Shown here: piece after piece, positions 41,911 to 52,510 of the stretch
Layout: each line of letters opens with the position of its first letter
How positions within the stretch are numbered: position 1 is the stretch's first letter
Assembly (NCBI RefSeq): GCF_009914755.1
Contig: NC_060933.1
Length of the DNA: 64,000 bases
From: the human T2T-CHM13v2.0 reference genome, Homo sapiens
Direction: 5' to 3' (one strand)
Translations under genes and position numbers: made by a program
Notes under the pieces: model-generated
Databases searched by the model: none
What the model saw: only the letters and a program-made list of their open reading frames with translations
What the model was told of the DNA's origin: nothing

Positions 41911-44102
41911 TGGAATGGAATGGAATGCAATGGATTCAACTCGATTGCAATGGAATGGAATGAAATGGAATTGAACGCAATGGATTCAACTCGATTGCAA
42001 TGGAATGGAATAGAATGGAATGGAATGGAATGGAATGGAATGGAATTAACCCGAATACAATGGAATGGAATGGAATGGAACGGAACGGAACGGAACGGAA
42101 TGGAATGGAATGGAATGGAATGGAATGGTATGGAATGGAATGGAAAGGTACGGAATAGAACGGAATGGAAAGAATTGGAATGGAATGGAATCGAATGGAA
42201 AGGAATGGAATGGAATGGAATCAACCCGAGTGCAGGGGAATATAATGGAACGGAATGTAATGGAATGGAATCATCCGGAATGGAATGGAATGGAATGGAA
42301 TGGAATGGAATGGAATGGAACCAACTCGATTGTGATGGAATGGAATGGAATGGAATGGAATGGAATGGAATTAACCCGAATACAATGGAATGGAATGGAA
42401 TGGAACGGAATGGAGTGGAATGGAATGGAATCAACCCGAGTGCAGGGGAATGGAATGGAATGGAATGCAATGGAATGGAATCATCCGGAATGGAATGCAA
42501 AGCAATGGAATCAACTCGATTGCAATGGAATGGAATGGAATGGAAAGGAATACATTGGAATCAACCCGAGTGGAATGGAATGGAAAGGACTGGAATGGAG
42601 TGGAATGGAATGGAATGAAATGGAATGGAATCAACTCGATTGGAATGGAATGGAATGGAAAGGATTGGAATGGAATGGAATTAACCCGAATAGAATGGAA
42701 TGGAATGGAATGGAATGGAACGGAACGGAACGGAACGGAACGGAATGGAATGGAATGGAATGGAATGGAATGGAATGGAATGAAATCAACCCGACTGCAG
42801 GGGAATGGAATGGAATGGAATGCAATGGAATGGAATGGAATGGAATGGAATGGAATGGAATGGAATGGAATGGAATGGAATCAACCCGAGTGGAATGGCA
42901 TGGAATGGAATGCAAAGGAATGGAATGGAATGGAATCAACTCGAGTGGAAAGGAATGGAATGGAATGGAAAGGAATGGAATGAAATCAACTCGAGTGGAA
43001 TGGAATATAACGAATGGATTGGAATGGATTGCAATGGAAGGAAATGGAATGGAATGGAATGGAATCAATCATTCCGAGTGGAATGGAAGGGAATGTAATG
43101 GAGTGTAAAGAAGGGAATGGAATCAACCCGAGTGGAATGCAAGGCAATGGAATGGAATGGAAAGGAATGGAATGGAATCAACTCGATTGCAATCGCATGG
43201 AATGGAATGGAATGGAATGGAAAGGAATGCAATGGAAAGAAATGGGATGGAATGGAATGCAATGGAATGGAATCAACCCGAGTGCAATCGAATGGAATCG
43301 AATGGAATGGAATGCAATGGAATGGATTCAACTTGAATGGAATGGAAAGAATGGAATCAACACGAGTGGAATGGCATGGATTGGAATGGAATGGAATGGA
43401 ATCAACCCGAGTACAGGGGAATGGAATGGAATGGAATGCAATGGAATAGAATCATCCGTAATGGAAAGGAAAGGAATGGAATGGAATGGAATGGAATGGA
43501 ATGGAATGGAATGGAATCAACTCGATTGCAATCGAATGGAATGGAATGGAATTAACCCGAATAGAATGGAATGGAATGGAATGGAACGGAACGGAACGGA
43601 ATGGAATGGAATGGAATGGAACGGAAAGTAATGGAATGGAATGGAATGGAATGGAATGGAATGGAATGGAATGGAATCAACGCGAGTGCAGGGGAATGGA
43701 ATGTAATGGAATGGAATGGAATGGAATCTTCCGGAATGGAATGGAATGGAATGGAATCAACCCGAGTGCAATGGAATGGAGTGGAATGGAATGGAATGGA
43801 ATGGAACAACCTGAATGGAATCGAATGTAATGGAGAGTAAGGGAGTTGAATAGAATCAATCCGAATGTAATGGAATGGAATGGAACGGAATGGAATTGAA
43901 TGGAATGGAATGGAATGCAATGGAATGGAGTCAACCCGAGTGCAATGGAATGGAGAGGAGGGGAATGGAATGGAGTGGAAACTACCCGAATGGAATGGAA
44001 TGTAATGGAGTGTAAGGGAATTGAATAGAATCAATCCGAATGTGATGGAATGGAATGGAACGGAATGGAATGGAATGGAATGGAATGGAATGGAAAGAAG
44101 GG

Positions 44103-44130
44103 AATGGAATCAACCCGAGTTGATTCCATT
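44103..44130. other. Inversion breakpoint inside the satellite; 28-bp near-perfect palindrome
   Basis: AATGGAATCAAC-CCGA-GTTGATTCCATT has 12-bp arms (44103-44114 and 44119-44130). CGAGT (44116-44120) belongs both to the left CAACCCGAGT motif and to the inverted CAACTCG motif on the right. It is the only strand switch I see in the window. Confidence 0.97.
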
Positions 44131-45425
44131 GCTTTGCATTCCGTTCCATTCCATTCCTTTTCATTGTATTCGGGTTGATTCCATTGCATTCCATTCCATT
44201 CCTTTCCATTCCATTCCATTCCATTACAATGGAGTTGATTCCATTCCATTCCATTCCATTCCATTCCAGTCCTTTCCATTCCATTCCACTCGGGTTGATT
44301 CCATTCTATTAGTTTCCATTCCATTCCATTCCCTTCCATTGCACTCTGGTTGATTCCATTCCTTTCCATTTCACTCGAATACATTCCCTCCTATTCCACT
44401 CGGAACGATTCCATTCCATTCCATTCCATTCCATTTCGTTCCATTCCATTCTATTCCGTACCATTCCATTCCATTCCATTCCATTCCATTCGATTCCATT
44501 CCACTCGTGTTGATTACATTCCTTTCCATTCCATTCAGTTTGAAGGCATTCCATTCCATTCAATTCCATTCCATTCCATTCCATTCCATTCCATTCCATT
44601 CCATTCCATTCCATTGTACTCGGGTTGATTCCATTCCATTGCATTCTATTCCATTCCATTCCATTCCATTCCATTCCATTCCATTCCATTCCATTCCGCA
44701 TGATTCCATTCCATTGCATTCCATTCCATTCCATTCCCCTGCACTCGGGTTGATTACATTCCATTCCCTTCCCTTCCATTCCTTTCCATTCCATTCCATT
44801 CCATTCTATTCGGGTGAATTCCATTCCATTCCATTCCATTCCATTCCATTGCAATCGAGTTGATTCCATTACATTCCATTCCATTCCGTTCCGGATGATT
44901 CCATTCCATTGCATTCCATTCCATTCCATTCCCCTGCAGTCGGTTTGATTCCTTTCCATTCCATTCCATTCCATTCCATTCTATTCCATTCCGTTCCATT
45001 CCATTGCATTCCATTCTATTCGGGTTAATTCCATTCCATTCCTTTCCATTCCATTCCAATCGAGTTAATTCCATTCCATTGCATTCCATTCCACTCCATT
45101 CCAGTCCTTTCCATTCCATTCCACTCGGGTTGATTCCATTCTATTCCTTTCCATTCCATTCCATTGCAATAGTGTTGATTCCATTGCATTGCATTCCATT
45201 CCATTCCATTCCATTCCGGATGATTCCATTCCATTGCATTCCATTCCATTCCATTCCCCTGCACTCGGGTTGATTCCATTCCATTCCACTCCATTCCGTT
45301 CCATTGCATTCCATTCCATTGTATTCGGGTTAATTCCATTCCATTCCATTCCATTCCATTCCATTCCATTCCATTCCGGAAGATTCCATTCCATTGCATT
45401 CCATTCCATTCCATTCCATTCCATT

Positions 45426-48400
45426 CCCCTGCACTCGCGTTGATTCCATTCCATTCCATTCCATTCCATGCCATTCCATTCCGTTCCGTTCCGTTCCATT
45501 CCATTCCATTCCATTCCATTCCGTCCCGTTCCATTCCATTCCATTCCATTCTATTCGGGTTAATTCCATTCAATTCCATTCAATTGCAATCGAGTTCATT
45601 CCATTCCATTCCATTCCATTCCATTCCTTTCCATTCCATTACTAATGATTCCATTCCATTGCATTCCATTCCATTCCATTCTCCTGTACTCGGGTTGATT
45701 CCATTCCATTCCATTCCATTCCATTCCATTCCATTCCATTCCATGCCATTCCACTCGTGTTGATTCCATTCTTTCCATTCCATTCAAGTTGAATCCATTC
45801 CATTGCATTCCATTCCATTCGATTCCATTCGATTGCACTCGGTTTGATTCCATTACTTTGCATTCCATTCCATTCCATTCCATTCCATTGCATTCCATTG
45901 TACTCGGGTTGATTCCATTCCATTGCATTCCATTCCATTCCATTCCATTGCATTCCATTCCGGATGATTCCATTCCATTGCATTCCGATCCATTACATTA
46001 GCCTGCACTCGGGTTGATTCCATTCCATTCCATTCCATTCCATATCATTCCATTCGATTCCATTCCATTCCAATTCTTTCCATTCCATTCTATTCCGTAC
46101 TATTCCATTCCATTCCATACCATTCCATTCCATTCTATTCCATTCCATTCCATTCCGTTCCGTTCCGTTCCGTTCCGTTCCATTCCATTCCATTCCATTC
46201 TATTCGGGTTAATTCCATTCCATTCCATTCCATTCTATTCCACTCCATTGCAATCGAGTTGAATCCATTGCATTCCATTCCATTCCATTCCAATCCATTC
46301 CGGAAGATTCCATTCCATTGCATTCCATTCCATTCCATTCCCCTGCATTCGCGTTGAATCCATTCCATTCCATTCCATTCCATTCCATTCCATTCCATTC
46401 CTTTCCGTTCCATTGCATTCCATTCCATTCCATTCCCTTCCATTCCGTTCCGTTCCATTCCATTCCATTCCATTCTATTGGGGTTAATTCCATTCCGTTC
46501 CATTCGATTACAATCGAGTTGATTCCAATCTATTCCATTCCATTCCATTCCATTCCATTCCTTTCCATTCCATTACGGATGATTCCATTCCATTGCATTC
46601 CATTCCATTCCATTCCCCTGTACTCGGGTTGACTCTATTCCATTCCATTCCAATCCATGCCATTCCACTCGTGTTGATTCCATTCTTTCCATTCCATTCA
46701 AGTTGAATCCATTCCATTGCATTCCATTCCATTCGATTCCATTCGATTGCACTCAGGTTGATTCCATTCCATTGCATTCCATTCCATTCCATTCCATTCC
46801 ATTCCGTTCCATTCCATTTCATTACATTCAGATTGATTCTATTCAATTCCCTTACACTCCATTATATTCCAATCCATTCTGGTTGTTTCCATTCCATTCC
46901 ATTCCATTTCACTCGTGTTGATTCCATTCCTTTCCATTCCATTCGGTTTGAAGCCATTCCATTCCATTCCATTCCACTCCATTCCATTCCATTCCATTCC
47001 ATTCCATTCCATTCCATTGTACTCGGGTTGATTCCATTCCATTGCATTCCATTCCATTCCATTCCATTCCGTTCCATTACATTCCATTACATTCGGATTT
47101 ATTCTATTCAACTCCGTTACTCTCCATTACATTCCATTCCATTCGGGTTGTTCCATTCCATTCCATTCCATTCCACTCCATTCCATTGCACTCGGGTTGA
47201 TTCCATTCCATTCCATTCCATTCCATTCCATTCCCGATGATTCCATTCCATTGCTTTCCGTTCCATTACATTCCCCTGCACTCGCGTTGATTCCATTCCA
47301 TTCCATTCCAATCCATACCATTCCATTCCATTCCATTCCATTCTGTTCCATTCCATTCCTTTCCATTCCATTACGGATGATTCCATTCCATTGCATTCCA
47401 TTCCATTCCATTCCCCTGTACTTGGGTTGATTCCATTCCATTCCATTCCAATCCATGCCATTCCACTCGTGTTGATTCCATTCTTTCCATTCCATTCAAG
47501 TTGAATCCATTCCATTGCATTCCATTCCATTCGATTCCATTCGATTGCACTCGGATTGATTCCATTCCATTGCATTCCATTCCATTCCATTCCATTCAAT
47601 TCCATTCTATTCCGTTCCATTGCATTCCATTACAATCGGATTGATTCTTTTCAACTTCCTTACTCTCCATTACATTCCTTTCCATTCGGGTTGTTCCATT
47701 CCATTCCATTCCATTCCACTCCATTCCATTGCACTCGGGTTGATTCCATTCCATTCCATTCCATTCCATTCCATTTCATTCCATTCCCCTGCACTCGCGT
47801 TGATTCCATTCCATTCCATTCCATTCCATTCCATTCCATTCCATTCCATTCCTTTCCGTTCCATTCCATTCCATTCCATTCAATTCCGTTCCGTTCCATT
47901 CCATTCCATTCCATTCTATTCGGGTTAATTCCATTCCATTCCATTCCTTTCCATTGCATTCCTTTCCATTCCATTCCGGATGATTGCATTCCATTGCATT
48001 CCGTTCCATTACATTCCCCTGCACTCGGGTTGATTCCATTCCATTCCATTCCATTCCAATTGATTCCATTCCATTCCAATTCTTTCCTTTCCATTCTATT
48101 CCGTACCATTCCATTCCATTCCATACCATTCCATTCCATTCCATTCCATTCCATTCCATTCCATTCCATTCCATTGCATTCCATTCAGATTGATTCTATT
48201 CAATTCTCTTACACTCCATTACATTCCATTCCATTCGGGTAGTTTCCATTCCATTCCATTCCATTCCTCTCCATTCCATTGCACTCGGGTTGATTCCATT
48301 CCATTGCATTCCATTCCATTCCATTCAATTCCATTCCGTTCCATTCCACTCCATTATATTCGGAATGATTCTATTCAACTCCCTTACTCTCCATTACATT

Positions 48401-51400
48401 CCATTCCATTCGGGTTGTTCCATTCCATTCCATTCCATTCCACTCCACTCCATTGCACTCGGGTTGATTCCATTCCATTCCATTCCATTCCATTCCGGAA
48501 GATTCCATTCCATTGCATTCCATTACATTCCATTCCCCTGCACTCGCGTTGATTCCATTCCATTCCATTCCATTCCATTCCGTTCCTTTCCGTTCCATTC
48601 CATTCCATTCCATTCCGTTCCGTTCCGTTCCGTTCCATTCCATTCCATTCCATTCTATTCGGGTTAATTCCATTCCATTCCATTCGATTGCAATCGAGTT
48701 GATTCCATTCCATTCCATTCCATTCCATTCCATTCCATTCCATTCCTTTCCATTCCATTACGGATGATTCCATTCCATTGCATTCCATTCCATTCCATTC
48801 CCCTGTACTCGGGTTCATTCCATTCCATTCGATTACAATCCATGCCATTCCACTCGTGTTGATTCCATTCTTTCCATTCCATTCAAGTTGAATGCATTCC
48901 ATTGCATTCCATTCCATTCCATTCCCCTGCAGTCGGGTTGATTCCATTCCATTCCATTCCATTCCATTCCATTCCATTCCATTCCCCTGCACTCGCGTTG
49001 ATTCCATTCCATTCCATTCCATGCCATTCCATTCCGTTCCGTTCCGTTCCATTCCATTCCATTCCATTCCATTCCGTCCCGTTCCATTCCATTCCATTCC
49101 ATTCTATTCGGGTTAATTCCATTCAATTCCATTCAATTGCAATCGAGTTCATTCCATTCCATTCCATTCCATTCCATTCCTTACCATTCCATTACTAATG
49201 ATTCCATTCCATTGCATTCCATTCCATTCCATTCTCCTGTACTCGGGTTGATTCCATTCCATTCCATTCCATTCCATTCCATTCCATTCCATTCCATGCC
49301 ATTCCACTCGTGTTGATTCCATTCTTTCCATTCCATTCAAGTTGAATCCATTCCATTGCATTCCATTCCATTCGATTCCATTCGATTGCACTCGGTTTGA
49401 TTCCATTACTTTGCATTCCATTCCATTCCATTCCATTCCATTGCATTCCATTGTACTCGGGTTGATTCCATTCCATTGCATTCCATTCCATTCCATTCCA
49501 TTGCATTCCATTCCGGATGATTCCATTCCATTGCATTCCGATCCATTACATTCGCCTGCACTCGGGTTGATTCCATTCCATTCCATTCCATTCCATATCA
49601 TTCCATTCGATTCCATTCCATTCCAATTCTTTCCATTCCATTCTATTCCGTACCATTCCATTCCATTCCATACAATTCCATTCCATTCTATTCCATTCCA
49701 TTCCATTCCGTTCCGTTCCGTTCCGTTCCGTTCCATTCCATTCCATTCCATTCTATTCGGGTTAATTCCATTCCATTCCATTCCATTCTATTCCACTCCA
49801 TTGCAATCGAGTTGAATCCATTGCATTCCATTCCATTCCATTCCAATCCATTCCGGAAGATTCCATTCCATTGCATTCCATTCCATTCCATTCCCCTGCA
49901 CTCGCGTTGAATCCATTCCATTCCATTCCATTCCATTCCATTCCATTCCATTCCTTTCCGTTCCATTGCATTCCATTCCATTCCATTCCCTTCCATTCCG
50001 TTCCGTTCCATTCCATTCCATTCCATTCTATTGGGGTTAATTCCATTCCGTTCCATTCGATTACAATCGAGTTGATTCCAATCTATTCCATTCCATTCCA
50101 TTCCATTCCATTCCTTTCCATTCCATTACGGATGATTCCATTCCATTGCATTCCATTCCATTCCATTCCCCTGTACTCGGGTTGACTCTATTCCATTCCA
50201 TTCCAATCCATGCCATTCCACTCGTGTTGATTCCATTCTTTCCATTCCATTCAAGTTGAATCCATTCCATTGCATTCCATTCCATTCGATTCCATTCGAT
50301 TGCACTCGGGTTGATTCCATTCCATTGCATTCCATTCCATTCCATTCCATTCCATTCCGTTCCATTCCATTTCATTACATTCAGATTGATTCTATTCAAT
50401 TCCCTTACACTCCATTATATTCCAATCCATTCTGGTTGTTTCCATTCCATTCCATTCCATTTCACTCGTGTTGATTCCATTCCTTTCCATTCCATTCGGT
50501 TTGAAGCCATTCCATTCCATTCCATTCCACTCCATTCCATTCCATTCCATTCCATTCCATTCCATTCCATTGTACTCGGGTTGATTCCATTCCATTGCAT
50601 TCCATTCCATTCCATTCCATTCCATTCCGTTCCATTACATTCCATTACATTCGGATTTATTCTATTCAACTCCGTTACTCTCCATTACATTCCATTCCAT
50701 TCGGGTTGTTCCATTCCATTCCATTCCATTCCACTCCATTCCATTGCACTCGGGTTGATTCCATTCCATTCCATTCCATTCCATTCCATTCCCGATGATT
50801 CCATTCCATTGCTTTCCGTTCCATTACATTCCCCTGCACTCGCGTTGATTCCATTCCATTCCATTCCAATCCATACCATTCCATTCCATTCCATTCCATT
50901 CTGTTCCATTCCATTCCTTTCCATTCCATTACGGATGATTCCATTCCATTGCATTCCATTCCATTCCATTCCCCTGTACTTGGGTTGATTCCATTCCATT
51001 CCATTCCAATCCATGCCATTCCACTCGTGTTGATTCCATTCTTTCCATTCCATTCAAGTTGAATCCATTCCATTGCATTCAATTCCATTCGATTCCATTC
51101 GATTGCACTCGGATTGATTCCATTCCATTGCATTCCATTCCATTCCATTCCATTCAATTCCATTCTATTCCGTTCCATTGCATTCCATTACAATCGGATT
51201 GATTCTTTTCAACTCCCTTACTCTCCATTACATTCCATTCCATTCGGGTTGTTCCATTCCATTCCATTCCATTCCACTCCATTCCATTGCACTCGGGTTG
51301 ATTCCATTCCATTCCATTCCATTCCATTCCATTTCATTCCATTCCCCTGCACTCGCGTTGATTCCATTCCATTCCATTCCATTCCATTCCATTCCATTCC

Positions 51401-52510
51401 ATTCCATTCCATTCCATTCCTTTCCGTTCCATTCCATTCCATTCCATTCAATTCCGTTCCGTTCCATTCCATTCCATTCCATTCTATTCGGGTTAATTCC
51501 ATTCCATTCCATTCCTTTCCATTGCATTCCTTTCCATTCCATTCCGGATGATTGCATTCCATTGCATTCCGTTCCATTACATTCCCCTGCACTCGGGTTG
51601 ATTCCATTCCATTCCATTCCATTCCAATTGATTCCATTCCATTCCAATTCTTTCCTTTCCATTCTATTCCGTACCATTCCATTCCATTCCATACCATTCC
51701 ATTCCATTCCATTCCATTCCATTCCATTCCATTCCATTCCATTGCATTCCATTCAGATTGATTCTATTCAATTCCCTTACACTCCATTACATTCCATTCC
51801 ATTCGGGTAGTTTCCATTCCATTCCATTCCATTCCTCTCCATTCCATTGCACTCGGGTTGATTCCATTCCATTGCATTCCATTCCATTCCATTCAATTCC
51901 ATTCCGTTCCATTCCACTCCATTATATTCGGAATGATTCTATTCAACTCCCTTACTCTCCATTACATTCCATTCCATTCGGGTTGTTCCATTCCATTCCA
52001 TTCCATTCCACTCCACTCCATTGCACTCGGGTTGATTCCATTCCATTCCATTCCATTCCATTCCGGAAGATTCCATTCCATTGCATTCCATTACATTCCA
52101 TTCCCCTGCACTCGCGTTGATTCCATTCCATTCCATTCCATTCCATTCCGTTCCTTTCCGTTCCATTCCATTCCATTCCATTCCGTTCCGTTCCGTTCCG
52201 TTCCATTCCATTCCATTCCATTCTATTCGGGTTAATTCCATTCCATTCCATTCGATTGCAATCGAGTTGATTCCATTCCATTCCATTCCATTCCATTCCA
52301 TTCCATTCCATTCCTTTCCATTCCATTACGGATGATTCCATTCCATTGCATTCCATTCCATTCCATTCCCCTGTACTCGGGTTCATTCCATTCCATTCGA
52401 TTACAATCCATGCCATTCCACTCGTGTTGATTCCATTCTTTCCATTCCATTCAAGTTGAATGCATTCCATTGCATTCCATTCCATTCCATTCCCCTGCAG
52501 TCGGGTTGAT
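45426..52510 (-). repeat. Head-to-tail tandem duplication of a ~3.56-kb unit (two nearly identical copies; boundary ~48980)
   Basis: ORF pairs are offset by 3553-3568 (45642/49195, 46135/49688, 47117/50675, 48190/51758, 48664/52232). Private variants CCGTCCCGTT, ACTAATGATT, CATATCATTC, CTATTGGGGTTAAT, GACTCTA, AACTCCGTTAC and CCAATTGATTCC each occur once per copy. Confidence 0.95.

Larger units (their letters stand above)
1..44118 (+). repeat. Human satellite 3 (HSat3/SatIII) array, G-rich (GGAAT)n strand on +; probably the chr9q12 HSat3B5 subfamily
   Basis: Continuous GGAAT pentamers with recurrent decamers CAACCCGAGT, CAACTCGATT, CAACGCGAGT and TAACCCGAAT; no unique sequence. HSat3 identity follows from the known family consensus. 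The subfamily call rests on recalled similarity to pHuR98 and is less certain (~0.75). Confidence 0.97.

Noticed and set aside
1-44118. SCA31-type pathogenic (TGGAA)n expansion
   Set aside because: There is no unique flank or intron context. The array is heavily interrupted by HSat3 marker words and is far longer than such insertions.
44101-44130. A new HSE formed across the junction by GAA and TTC arms
   Set aside because: The nearest gGAAt (44106) and aTTCc (44123) start 17 bp apart, out of 5-bp register.
44000-44240. Fold-back sequencing chimera or breakage-fusion-bridge palindrome
   Set aside because: Mirror identity is limited to 12 bp; beyond that the arms carry different modules and variants. 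Read-level confirmation is still advisable.
43982-44384. Chimeric ORFs switching from MEWNG to HSIPF (44021..44353 +, 43982..44284 -)
   Set aside because: They simply read across the inversion junction.
45426-52510. 3.56-kb unit as the Y-chromosome DYZ1 repeat
   Set aside because: The similar length looks coincidental. There are only two copies, other offsets differ, and the marker words are pHuR98-like rather than a regular DYZ1 array. An alignment to DYZ1 would settle it.
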